Source: Ruditapes philippinarum (taxonomy: Eukaryota). Taken from it: a DNA stretch of 64,000 nt. The notes beneath the pieces are model-generated. The model had not been told where the DNA came from, ran no database searches, and saw only the letters and a list, made by a program, of their open reading frames with translations. Position numbers and translations under genes: made by a program. The stretch lies in assembly GCF_026571515.1 (NCBI RefSeq), contig NW_026856866.1:124001-188000 (forward strand), in the 5' to 3' direction. Every line of letters starts with the position of its first letter. The first letter of the stretch is position 1. This document shows positions 1 through 14,319 of this stretch, one piece after another.

Positions 1-3000
1 GTCAGGGTACGATTCACAGTACATACGATCAAAATTACATGTGTCGTGAACTGCTTGTCTAAGGAAGAAGCTATGAACATTCTACCTGCGGAAGATCAAC
101 GTATAAGAGACATTAATGGAACTTAGGTCTTTTGAGCGCATGATGTATATGCTTTATCGAATCATCAGCAACGTTTGTTGATGTTTGTAGATGGTATGAT
201 ATACTAGATACAATCTGACAGTTGCTGGTCGAGTAGAGCTTACAAAGCACACTGGCCACATGCGTCTGTCCGCAGGGCACGGCGCTTCTATGGAAAGTGT
301 GCCGTTCATTTGTACAATCAACTCGTATCATTTATGTCAATCTTCAGATTAACTCAACAGATGTATAAAATACTACCTATCTTATTTCGATAGACTAAAT
401 ATTGTGTGTTCAGGCTGTTGTATGTAAGGATAACTTGGTCTAAAATCTACATCTTGATAATCTAATCGGCTTATTTGACGTGCCAACATTACCTAACACT
501 TGATCAAAAACGTTAACAAGCCTGGCGAACTGGCACTTGTTTCTAATTTGTATAATCTACCCCACACAGGTCAGTCTGGCACGGCGACTTTATTGTGGTC
601 AAAGACAGAAAAGATCGCTATTATAATTGAATTAATACTTATATAAAGTGATGAAAACATGGCGCCTGTCCATCCTATTGATTAAAACCTCTAAAATAAC
701 GCTGAGACCATTCCAAACATCTAAAAACTGTTCGATGAAGCCATTAAACCCCGATTACTTTCCTATACCATTGAAATATGTCATTACATTTGTTTTAACT
801 ATGGAATGTTAATGACATAGTTAGAAAGAAACATTAAGTAAAAATATACTGACGGTTTACATTAAAACATAGGCTTTTAAAACAGGCCCTTGGGTAACTC
901 CTTAGCTAGTAAGTTAACCGAGAGAGAATATTCAAAAACCATTAAAGGTATAATGTAATACATAAACAAAGAAAGTTTTGTACAGCCTCGAGCTATCATT
1001 TTCTGATTTAATTTTAAAAAACGTACATTTTTTATGCAATGCTTACTGAACTCAAAACAACCACGTACTTTTGAAAACTGCACAATATGAGTACTTTGTA
1101 ACCGCTAGGTATTATTTAACAATGCACTACCTTTATAAAAAAAAAACGTGCATTTACAAAGCATTTACATTCGGAAATGGTCAATAAGTAAATAGTAATT
1201 CTCCACAACAGAAATGTCATGATTTATTGCATATTTGATTATGATTTATTGTATATTAAAATACATAAGACACCCGGGCTTTAAAAGCGCAATAACAATT
1301 AGTATAGAGGTGGCTCGTGTAATTAAACCGAAGTCAAATAAGACATAAAACAGAATATAGGCACGCCTCTTCTTTTCACCTCGTATTCAGCACAGAAAGC
1401 CCCCTGTATTAGTGAGGATTGAAGGTTTTATTTGCCAGAGCCATTAAATGAGGCTCTACAAAGATTCCTCTAAGCCTGCCAATTAAGGGTTAGGACGGAG
1501 AAAATTTTAGGGGAAGAACCGTAACCATCTGTTAATGTTAAACTTGATCGTGTACTACAGCTCTTGTTCACTGTTCTTAGACTTTTAAAATGTTGCCGTT
1601 TGAATGAATAGAAACTTTGTTATTTTTCTATTAAAAAAACATGCTAGTAATAATAAAGAGAGAGAAAATAACCGCTGTGTATTTATATCTTAAGGTGTTT
1701 TAATTTGACACGACTTTGATAGACTGTGATAAAAATATCTGTATCAAAGAATTTATTTATGACTTAGATCTAAATTTTTTATCAAAGAAACCGTTGTTGA
1801 TTAAGTTTTTAAATTAAGAATTGATAAAAAAACACCTATGTTTTATAACTGATGTATCAACATTATATTACTATAATAGATAGCGAAGATATCATCTCCT
1901 TATGTTTAAGCTAAGATATATAGGTTTCCTCCGTATGAATATCAAGGGTCATTGAAAACTATGTACAAATCAATTTTATCTACATCAAGTGTTAAATTTC
2001 AAGAAATTATATTGTCATTGTTTTGATCTTGAGATCAACTGAAGATGTTTTTGTCCTGTAAAAGGATATGTTGTCAGTCAGATGAGATGTAACATGTATA
2101 GAAGATTTGTTAAAATACTTAAATTCCTTGCAGTCAACTTATTTTATACCCCTTGATGATTCCGATAACAGTGAAATACTATATACCTCTAACTCATTTG
2201 TGAATAACTATTTAATGTGATTTAATTTTCAACAGAATATATATTTGTAGTTATCAAGTATTCGATCACTCTGCAAAAAGAAAAATAATACAGCCCTTCT
2301 CGCTAACTACGCCATCTTTATCGCCAAAAAAAACAACTCGTGAGATAATGTAATTATCTGTTTAACATCTTCGTAAACGATCTAATGTCTTAGTTTCCAA
2401 TCTCCCCCAGTGGCCAGCTCCATTCATTTGGTCTCAATAGGGTTGTCAAGCATTTAACGACGTTTTTGATGCGAAAGATACATTTGTGACAACTAGTAGA
2501 AACAATTGCCAAAAAACTTAGGCTATAGACACGTACACGTCTGTGGCTTCTGTCACGGTGTATGGTTACAGTCTTGTTTTGTTGTTCAGTGTTCGTGCTG
2601 GAGTTCCACGGGTTTACAGAATGGCTTATCTGATCATAAGGTGAAACAATATCACAGTAATTTATTGATATGGAATTTAAATTTTACAATATCTTTTATA
2701 ATTTGATTACTACGAGGAATAATGAAAATATATGGCGTAAAATATCACAATACCCTTATTATTTATTCTCATATTTCCTTTTTGGCACTGGAATATGTTT
2801 GTCATGGGGTATTTTTGTCATTAACAGAACAAAGTCATCCAATCCTCCCACCAACTACCATTTATACTTTAAGTTGTCGTTTGATTTTAGGGGGGTTTTT
2901 TATATGTAAAAAGGTAATTACGACTTCTGAAGATTTTCTTCTACTTTAAATTCGGCTTAACAAAAATGTCATTGGCTGATCTTATCAGCAACGACTAAAA

Positions 3001-6000
3001 TGCAAAACATTCCAAATTAGTATATATTTTGTAGTGAGAGTATTGCCACTAACCAAATTTACCATTTACGTATTTACTCGTCGTACGTTAAGATAGCCAG
3101 GGGACACTTTTTTGTAATGTTGAACAGCGATGGACTTTGGTGAGAAACAGATGTTATCATGGGTAGTCGTTACTGGGCTATTGTCACGGTCTATTACTGT
3201 GACATCATGACAGAATAGGCGGTGCCCTTTCAAATAGCCCGAACACAAAACGAGAGAAAAGAATTTTGTGATAAAAATCAGCAATGTAGTTAGGTAATAT
3301 TGCATTTGATGACATTTCAATTAAAATTAAATGTGTAAGCAATGTCTATGACATTTTCGTGTCTTCATTACACGAATCGGAAATGTTATAATTAGGTATT
3401 GTATAATATTGTAGTTTATTCTAATTGTAAACAATTCAATTGTAATTAACATGAAATTACCCGTCAAATTTTATAGTAAATTATTTATGTCCTTAATGGC
3501 GGTGGTGGTTTTTATTAATTTTTCTTTTTCTTTAAATATTCAAATTACTTTCTGCCAACAACACACGAAGGAAATTCACATAGATACATTTTAGTTTAAG
3601 AGACACTAATTACGCTTGTTAGATATGTTTATTAAGGTACAGAAATTTGAAATCGTAGCCTCATGTTTGTAAAGAGAATTTCAGATTTTCATCAGTGTTT
3701 TATTCACAGGTTTTGTAACAACAAATAGAATATGATAGGAAGAAGGAGCACGAGCCTTTCTTCCCGATTTTTTTCCTAGATTAACTGATAAGCTTCCCAA
3801 TCTCTGGTAAATGTGCAATCTGACGTCATCAGTGAAAAGATAAAACATTCAATAAATATTTCAAGATTCTAAATTAGTGGAATTTATGACAACTTTGTAT
3901 AAATCTTTTAGGCGGTGTTCTTTATGGCATGCAGCCTACATCAGCGTTTTACTACAAGAAAAAAATCTGAAAATCTTATCTTAAACGACGGGTGCTAGCT
4001 TTAATTCCGGCATTGTTCAATATCAACCATATCTGCCGAGATTCATGATATGTTATCTTTATGAAAATCACCTAAATTATTCATTGCTCGGTTCTCGAAA
4101 GGTTAAATATTTCATCCGTTATATACGCAAGGGTCCATGTATCAACTGTATTTGAATGCGTTGTAAAATGAGCTTTAACGACCGCTTGCGCTTACTTGTT
4201 TTAGGGTAATCGCGTCTCTCCACGCACCCGCGTCATTTAAAGTAGAATAAATTTAGAAGTCTCCTGAATTTGTGGTACTCTAAAACTATTCAATCGATTT
4301 TAAATGTTTGTTATTCTAAATGGGAAATTCATAATCTTGTATTCTAAGCTTGATATGTTCGGATGCTTGTATATTCCGGTTAGAAGCTCAATCAATTTAT
4401 ATTTATATTAGTTTTACCAAAATGCTAAGTAATTCAAGAAATTCAAAGAGTTTTAAAAAGGAAACAAAAGTAGTCGGAAAGTTCGACTTTTTTGTTCATT
4501 GTAAAACGATGGCGTGAAATTTTATTCAAGAACTTAAAGTGAATGAATATCTTCTTGAAGGACCTCTCTACACGAACGGACGGTCGTTAACCGCCCTCCT
4601 GTGATACAATGTAGAAGAATCATTGAGTTAATACATACAAGTGAAAGCAAGGGAAAAACATGGTGTAATGAGGTGAGAAACATTGCCTCAACATCTTATA
4701 ATTATTTACTCTAAAAACAATTGTAAAAGGTGTAGTTTTCAGCCTACCAGCTGTTCCGTTTAACGTTTTAGCACCTGTTGAAAAATCGGCTTCAATTCGC
4801 GGGAGGTTTTGGCGACAACAACAAATAAAAAATTGGCAAAAATACATTTTATCAGATGTAGCCTAGTCTAATTATATCCGTTCTGTAAAGGGCGAGTGAG
4901 TTAACTTGTTTCATGTACTACTTTTCAAGCATTGTTGAAACAAATTTTCTACTATTAATAACAGCGTTCTAAATAAATAAAAGAACAAAAACAATGTAAC
5001 ATTATTTCAAAAAATTATACATGCTCTATAAAAAAATCGCTCATGAATATTTCATAATCTAAAACGTTGAATAGTGATGTTTTTCTTTTGTATCGTTTTA
5101 CAACACGTATTGATCTTTTTTCAATTGAAATCTTTTATAGAATATCTGAATTAGCTGGATACACAGGAGGAAAAGTGTTATATAAATAATCAGATTAATG
5201 GGTGTCGGTGTAAGATAATTTCACGTTGTCAAATAATGAAGTCAGGTGTTTGTATGTATTACTCCCAATTGAAAACTAGGAAACAGACTACAGGTTTGAG
5301 TGGCTGATATCTGAGAAATAACATAAATAAATAAATTGTAAACGAGCAAACATTTAGAGTTGTAATAGAGGGTTTAAGTCAATATCAAATCTCGTAACAT
5401 CTCGCAAGCTATTAAAGTATTTTCTTACAAATCGTGATGTACAGCATTTCCCATATGCTTAAATCAGACCGCACAGTATTTTTTTTTCATATTTCGTAAC
5501 GTAGCGTCGTATGCGAATATTTGTCTGAAATGTTAAAAATAAAATCCCGACGCCCGTTTAAATATTCAAATTTTACACATAATTTCGCAATTGTACAAAA
5601 AGTATTTAGTCATAGCAAAAAAAAATTTACTCGCTCATAAAAGTGTCTGTTTATGAGAGAGAGCGGGAAATATGTGCACGGGTTCGTTCAGCATGTGTAA
5701 AGTGGGAAATTACTTCGGTGCGGGAAGTTAAATGTTTTAGTCTGTACCAGGGAAGTCGCTGTCGTCGCTTAGATCAATGTAATTATACAGATTAGGCGTG
5801 TTTTAATGCCTTAATGACTGAGTGCTAAATACACACGAGTTACGAGGTCTCTCCATCGCTTGCCTGGTAATATTGTTAACACCTTGTTAAACCCAGAGGT
5901 CTTTAGCTAATTAAAGATTGCACGATACTGCTTACTAGCGGACTTCTCCCTGCCGTTATTAGTAAGGGATCAAAAAAATAATTCCTAATAATATTTCAAA

Positions 6001-8286
6001 AAGATTCAACGATTTTGCAGATTGGAATTTTATAGATAAGTATCAGACATTCCCTTATACAAATGTTCAAAGAGAATTAATAATTCAACTTTAATGGGGA
6101 CAAATTCTCGAGTTCTATATATTAATGCAAGGATAGTTTCAAGTTTAAAATACAAAAGTATGCATAATCTCCTTTAATATAAATTTTCATTAATCGTCAT
6201 TTGCGAAACAAAAATGCATTACAGCATATGTTTTAATGATAATGTTTATGAACAAAATCTTTCCACGTGAACAAAAAATAGAATAAATGAAAAAAGAGCG
6301 GTATATATCATACTTTGTAACCAGCAGACGAAAACATTTTCACTTATAGAAACGCTCACATGTTTCGTTGTTTATAAACAATGAGTAATAAAGACTACAT
6401 TTGAACGGTCGGTATGTTGGAAAATAGCACGAATTCTGAGAAACTTAACAGCTCGTTGAAATACAAGAGTTCGTTTATTATACCGCCGAAACCCTGTTTG
6501 CACACTGTTGACGCATATTTGTAGTGAAAATAAACATTCATATGGGAATGTATATATAGTTCGCAAACCCATCACGTTTCTCCCACTGACTGTAGCACAG
6601 TCAAAAGCCTGCAAAATTATTTTAGAACTGTAAAAAAAATGACGACCCATGGATATTACATCAACATTTTGAGCGGAGTGAAAGCTAACTGTCGGATTCT
6701 TGATATAGCTTTATCTGGCACGATTAAACTTTAACGAGAAAGACATTTCAAGATCTCCGTGAAATTTAGCATAATTCTGTAAATTGGTTGAAATAAATTT
6801 ATATCTTGACGGCAATGCATGGTCGCACTAGAACGCCAATGACACGTCTGTCGAAATCCAGATGGTTTTGCATGCTTTGCAAACTAGCAAAGGTGCCGTA
6901 TAAATGAAGTGGCACCGCACAATAAACATAAAAATGGTGAATAAGTAGAAATTTGATACCAAACCCCGCGAATTGTTGGCAGTGAAAACTTATTGCTTTA
7001 CCGATGTTTTTGACAGTTCGGCCACCTTTAACGGTGATTATTACCAATTAGAAAATGTGACAGTGCCCCAGTCACGGCATTATAAAATTAAATGTGTAAC
7101 TAGTTTTATTATATATTTTTCATGTGGCTGATTCTAAAACGCTAATGTCAAATTTTTCATATTTCTGCAATACATTTACTATCAAGGCCTTAGCAATTTA
7201 ACCTCTATGTATGTTACAAAAATTCGTGTGAATTTGAAACCTGAATATTAATGGACTTTTTTTGCATCAATTTATCTTTCAAGAGCGCTCTACACCCTCT
7301 ATTCATTTTTTGTCAGAATTTGTAAACTTACGGCGATTTGAAAGTCTCCGAAAATATTTTAAGGTCATTAATATTAAAACGATTCATTTGTATTCCACAT
7401 CTGTGTATCATATTCATATAAGATAAAGTTTCATCTTCATTGCAGACTAACTCCTATATTATACAAACCATGCTTTAAGCTTCATCTAACTATTATTCAA
7501 AAAGTATTAAAATAATTATGAAAACGAGCAAATTTTATTTCTCAACATCATTATTCATGACGTCGAACAGACAGGCCTTTTACAAGTGTTTAAATCAAAA
7601 ACCCTAAAAAAGTGACAGCCGCTTTATAGTTTATGCGCATGCACTTAGGCAAGTGTTGAGAAACAAATTATGACTGAAGCGTTTTCATAAAACAAGTGAA
7701 TCTTTATTCCATAAACTGTTTTCGTGATCTACTACATAACGGCGCATTTGTACGAGAAGAATTCAGAAGCTTTCATATCTTGTAGAACAAAAACAGAGGC
7801 CGCCACTTTAGGCGACGTAGAAATTGCTTATAACTAGGTTCTAAAAACCAACCGCTCCCTCGGGGGCCGGCGTTTCATCAACGTCCTTTTATACGTTTAA
7901 GTTTGCTCTTTAAACGGTGAGAGAGTTTCTATCGTTTTATGTGTACATGATCTGCTTTGCTTTTCTATTTATTGATATTTTATTACACGCATTGTTTTTA
8001 AATGCGCAGTGCATATTAGACGGTCACTAATGGACCGTAGTGATTAAAACATGCTCAATCTCTTTCCACGTATCGTAATATCTTTTCACTTAGATATGAA
8101 CAATAGAAATTGAAACTAACAGTCTCTGCTCTGTGACTATAATTATGCTGTAGAAAACTATGTTATTTCCATGGGAAATAAGATCTCTATCATAAACTGG
8201 TGGTTTTAGGATTTAAATGTGAATTCAATGTCTGCGTTCCCATATACAGACAAAGCAGTTAAAATAAGTCTGCGAAAATTACATTA

Positions 8287-8469
<183 letters not shown>

Positions 8470-11400
8470 TTATTAAAAACACAGAGAGCTTTTTTATGAA
8501 TCAAAATGTTATATAGATGTGAAAACTCGACTGTCTTGATAATTGGAAAAATTTGCAAAGTATTTTCCTTTTTTCCTTTTGTTTATTAAAATCAAAAATG
8601 AATTACATTATCCGTTCACGCTATGACAATTTATGAAAAAGATATGGTAAGTCGATTGTAAAATTTGACTGGAATACAATAGATCTATAAATCATTTGTT
8701 CATTGTTAAGTTAATTATTTTCTTTTTTTTTATTTAGTAAAAACTCTCCCAAAAACCACCAACAATATTGACCTTTCCACAAGAAAATCCCTTTTTGAGA
8801 TGTCACACATAATGAAAATTAAAGGATCACGTGATTTAATTATTTGAATACCAAAATATAAAAACCTCAAGAACGTGCAGTGCTTTAATTTAAAGTATAT
8901 AATTGTTTCCTTCAGTTGAGGACCCTAAAATGACTTGCTACACAATGTCTTTTTTCCAGAGTTTTATTTTATTTTTGTTGTTGTTGTATGTGTTGTTTTT
9001 GTGTAGGGGATGTGTATTTTAATTAAATTATTCATTTTATTTATTGTATACAGAATAACTGCATTTTATTTACAACTGGCTACGTTGGGAGGGTTGAAAG
9101 CAATGCACACCTGTGCAGAAATGCAGAAAATATATCTTTAAAAATGATTAAAGAAGACCGAAAAGTCTGGAAAGAACGGAACTATTAATTAGAAAAATTC
9201 GAACATTAAATGTCTTTTTTTTACGTGTAAAACAGTTCTAAACGAAGATGAGGTTCTGTAAAGATCTATATCAATGTGTGAGTTTTTTTTCCAGGAGCTG
9301 TTTAATTATGTTGTCTTAAATATAAGTGCCCCGTATGTAAACATAGATAATATAGTAAACATAATGTAGACTTCGGGTAATGCATAAGTAAAGGGCTTAA
9401 TTGAGTTTTCAGATAACGTTACTATTACGTTTACCGATCTATCTTTCATATCGCATTTCTTTTAATGCTTTGTGTGTTATAATATGATAAAAATAAAGAT
9501 GGGAAAAAATACAAACATAAAACGTTTGAGAAATGGAGTCTGCACGTTGTCACAATGTGCAATTCTTACAACCCCGTAAAAAAATGGAGAGAAAAAAAAT
9601 CTGAAAGTCTGAAAATATCATAAGAATGGATCATTCTCTTTTATCAAATCTCTAATTTATTTGCTTAATATTTTCATCACGCATGCTTTTTTTGTAGACA
9701 TTATTTTAATGCAAGAATAAGGAGTGTATTGCATATGATGTTTTGCAAGAAATAAACGTTCAATTAAAGATGTTTCTGTGTTTTTCTTATTTTGATGAAT
9801 ATAATATTTACAGTGATTTGTTATGAAGACGATGATTAAATGAGGTGTAAGTCCGCCCAAAACCAAGTTTATTTTATATACTGAACACGTATTTTTATTC
9901 CATCACCGATATTGCATGAAAACACTTAGAAAAAATCCCGAATGCCAAAAATAAGTTCCCTGCTTCTACTAATTGTGCAAAATCACTACAAAAATATCAA
10001 CACGTAAAATATGACTGTGAGAATTGAAAAAATGTAATATTTAAAAGCACAAGATGAACGAAAAACAAAACAGTAGTGCTACGGGGGTTACATAATTCGG
10101 TCAAGGGAGTGCTGACCTGCAGATTGGTTCCCTACTTGTTCCCCCTCATAGCGTTGGAACATCACATCTGTAAAAGTTCGGGTCGAGAACCCTACAATAA
10201 CAAATTTGGAATCTAAGCAAAAGGCCGTTATGGAACTCAAAGAATAAAAGCTAGGAAAAAGAAAGGGCAGTATTACCCTTAAACAAAATGAGAATATTCT
10301 CTTCTCATCTGATTAATCAAACTCTGTTTAGAGTTAAGAGAAATATTCAACAAATATAACTATCAAATAAACAATTATGTGTCAAAACTACTCTTTTATT
10401 ATTTATTAAAATATGGAAATCAATTTGTGTAACGGTTTTAACCCGACATTTATACAATTTCGATCATGACAATTTTATCTTACTTTTTTATTATTCGAGA
10501 TTTTAGATTATCTTTCTTGATAAAATTCCGATAACATTTTCATTCAGAAAATCGAATTTGTTATTGACACCTTGAAGTTATGTATGACATCAGCCCCATT
10601 CTTTAGCCTTTTTGGATTTGTATGTGTACTTTTTAATATGCATTATAAATGCTTTAAGAATGTATGCACAGATTAAAATTTTCCTAAGATCAATGAATTA
10701 GTGTTGTAATAAATATCTTCAACAAAACAAAAATCGTGCAAGTAAACGAGATTCTTTTAGAAAGGAGAGCTTTAATCAGTAAAATGGCTTGACACGATTG
10801 ATAAAAAAATAGATTGTCTTAGGGCAGCAACAGTTGTAATAAAGAGTGATAGATCTGACATTTTTAATTTCTTTAAAAAGCTAAACATGACTGATGTAAC
10901 GTTATTGATATTGCATCTACTATCTAATCTAGCTAAAATCACTTAAATTAACAATATATTTTGCTTTTTAAACGCCATACTCTCCACATAATACTTTCAT
11001 TCGATCTTTCAACCGACTTTTATCAAAAACCTTTTGATATGATCAAATGATAAGGGATTGTAGCATATCTTTTAAATTGGTCATATATTTCTAAAATTCG
11101 AAACAAATACAGAAAAAAACACAGCATTGTCGTTTTATTTAATATAAAGTTGTGTAGGCATTTCTAATTTTTCAAGAAATTTTGAAATTATTCCTTGCAT
11201 GTTCCGTCGAACATGTCTATTCTGTGTAACGCATGAAAAGCCCTCTAATACAAGAAGAAAGTGAGGAATTGCCACTTACTCCCAATTTACTGCATTTCGC
11301 CTAATTAGAAACAGACAAAATGTCAAAATTTAATTGGTTTTGGAGTATATACAAAGTGGATATAACGATGAAATGGTGCAAATTCTCCGCTTTTCTCTTA

Positions 11401-11964
11401 ATTCTGAAATAGATTTATTTACACCGTCTACAGGTATTGACAACTGTTAGAGTGAGAGTATTTAAGTAGGCTGAGTAGACTATTAATAAAACAAGGATAA
11501 TAATTTACGGATTTCCCCCGGATTGAAAATTTGGAGTGTCAACTCTTAGAAAAATGGTTTTTATTTTCGCCCGAATTAAGTAAATTATTTAACTCGATCT
11601 AAGAAAGTAACAGAAGTTCTACAGACAGAGTGTCCGGAGACGGGTCCCCGGGTGTCCATATCTTAAAACGTGTTGTTTACAATAGGGGATTATCCGAGTT
11701 AAAACCCTTGGCGCGGGGAAATCGACACCCTGTGGTGTAAACATGTGGTCCGCCCAGTCCTCTTATAGATAATTGTAACTAATTGGGTATTAGCATCTTA
11801 ACTTCGTGTCAGCAGTATCTTGTAAATATGAAACACAAGTATGATGAGTGTGACACTTGTTTCAATTATGATAAATCATAAATATGAATGAAAGATTTTG
11901 ATTGGCTTACTATTAGTGCAATATAACATATATTGCATCTTTACGAAGCATTTTTGGCCCTTTA

Positions 11965-12100
11965 TAATCATCATTATTATCAAGATCATATCATCATCAT
12001 CATCAACAACATCATATCATAATCAATATAATCATGATCATAAAGCATCTTCATCACCGTATCATCATCATCAACATCATCATTATCATCATTATCATTT
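11965..12100. repeat. Degenerate (CAT/ATC)n microsatellite in GATA intron
   Basis: Visible runs of catcatcat/tatcat; explains the His/Ser-rich and Asp-rich spurious ORFs. Confidence 0.9.
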
Positions 12101-13818
12101 AGCAGGTACACAAAAACATGTGTTTCATTTAATGAGAGGAATTGCGAGCCCACACAAATTAAATATCTTATTGGCGAAATCAAATGAAAATAGTATTCAT
12201 TATTTATTTCTGCGTATCTAACATAGCATAATTAACAATTTACTATTAATTATATATTTACATCACCGGGAGACAGTTTGTGCGGAAAAAAAAACTAAGC
12301 AGGGAATATTTCACAATTTCTTCATATACTAATGTATTATTGACATATTGAACACTTTGCCGTCCCTTCTCTATACAACAACAATGTTAAACACAGGACA
12401 GGTTTCGTTTCAAATAAAGTGTACGCTGCGTTCATTAAAGGTCCGACCATTAACTTGCCTTCTTTTCATGGTATGAATGAAGACTCTGGGCATCTGTCGC
12501 TTCATTTTGAATGGATGAAAAACGAGCATTTATGAAATAAGATGCAAAAGTTTAACGATCATTTATTGAGGACTGAAACTGAATAAATCTAATGAAAATG
12601 GCGTTCAATTAACGTATTCTAATTAGACAACCGAATGTTTTTATCTTGTTTTTATCATGGTCCATCTGTGACAATAACTTAATTATAGCACAATTTGAAG
12701 TGCTATATTGCAATAATATATCTACAAAGCATATGATTAATAACCTCTATAAAGGGTTAAGTAAAACAAAGATGTAATAACAATATTGAAAACATTTTTT
12801 GAAACCTCGAGAGTAAAGATTAAATAAACGCTTGGAAATAATTTTAGCTATATCATAAAACGCTTTTATAAAACATTCCGTTTCTTTAATTGATTCGGTT
12901 AAAGAAGACATTTTCTTTCGTGCATTTCCTGATTCTGAAAGAGTGAAAAGAATGTTTCGAGCCAAGCAGTCGGTGTTATTTAGTCAAATATCCGGGATAA
13001 TTCCTTATGAAAATATTATTTAGCATTTAATACAATAATTACATAGGGTCGACGATATGTCTCTACACACAGAGCTTCCATTGACTTCTACCAGTAATCC
13101 GCTAATTTCTTATTAAACTCGCCATAGTGGCCTTGTAGAACTTTTTTTTCTATACAAAGATTCCCGTTTTACAAAAATGTTTAATCTGTACAGAATTTGC
13201 TGCTTAAGACGTTTTATGTATCATTTCATGAGAATGAAAAGTTTTTATAGCATAGCAAAATAAAGATCTAGGTTGTTTATGCAAATAAACCACATTTAAG
13301 GTCTATCCGGACACTCGGTCCGTCCGGATACTGGCTCAATTAGACACACATGTATAAATGGATGTTTGACTTGAAAGATTTGGCATTGACACTACAAGGA
13401 CCTTATATTTTTATTGTAAAGATGTCCCGGAAAACAGCCGGTACTTGGCCACTCAACATACGGAAAAGATTTTAAGTGTATTTTAAGTTATACATGTTGA
13501 AGGGTCCTTATTCTAAAGAGTCTTGGTAAATAATAAACCCGGACTACAGCTCATAAATACGTCTATCTGACAACTGAATTAGAATATAAGTAGTTTTCTT
13601 ATCTGTTTGCTTAAAACTATGAATTATGCCTGGAACCTTTCAAAATTGGACAAGAAAATGTCTAATTCTTGTACAGACGCGCCATTTTGATTATTTTACG
13701 TCACTGACCCCCTTATCTTGTTACAAGCACGTTGATTGGTCATAATTGGATTGTCAGAAATGAAATCTTGACGTGTTAATTAAAAAGTGTTGAAATGAAA
13801 ATGAGAAAAGTTAATTAC

Positions 13819-14319
13819 CTGCACTGGACCGGGATTTTTGTCTTGGTCTTGATGAAAGTGTGGGTGACGTTTTGAACATGCCCGGATGGTGAAATCCTAG
13901 CCCGCCTCCGTATTCCGCTCCTACGTATGACGGATACGTTGGCACGGGATGAGCTGTGTGGCCAGTGCTTGGTGGCATGAAAGGTGAGAGACCCGCAGCC
14001 TCTGGGTCTTCTTGTTTTGAAACAGATTTTTCTGAACTATAGTCTGAATTTGCGGCAGAATTAGACGTAGTGTTGTTATTATTATTGTTATTATTTACAT
14101 TGTCCGGTGTACCGTCCTTGGGCGGTGTTGGCGGGAAATTAAATGAGCTTGATGTAGCTATGCTGGTGGCAGGGTGCACTGACAGGGGTGTTGTACCACT
14201 GTGACTGAGAGATTTGTTGTTGTATAGGCCCCATCCGGCGTGTGCTGGCATTTTACTGTCAATGGCTGCCCAGGGATTGAGTGGGTGAGGGAAATTAGGC
14301 CTATATATGTTGCTGCTAC
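13819..14319 (-). CDS. GATA123: GATA1/2/3 transcription factor, second coding exon (501 nt)
   Basis: Lies inside ORF 13811..14356. Acceptor ttttgttttAG at 14321-14320, donor CAG|GTAATT at 13818. Contains GATA2/3-type motifs YRPNFPHPLNPW, FPPTPPKD, HPVPTYPSYV and ends RPRQKSRSSA before the finger. Phase 1-1 keeps frame with both neighbours. Confidence 0.96.

Noticed and set aside
4849-4858. Palindromic double GATA site (CATCTGATAA on the minus strand)
   Set aside because: A single 10-mer with roughly 0.3 chance occurrences per window; not enough alone.
6799-7047. Cys-containing ORF considered as the missing C-finger exon
   Set aside because: No CxxC...LWRR...CNAC pattern.
11898-12221. His/Ser-rich 107-aa ORF and antisense Asp-rich ORF
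   Set aside because: Both are translations of a (CAT)n microsatellite inside an intron, with no supporting splice sites.
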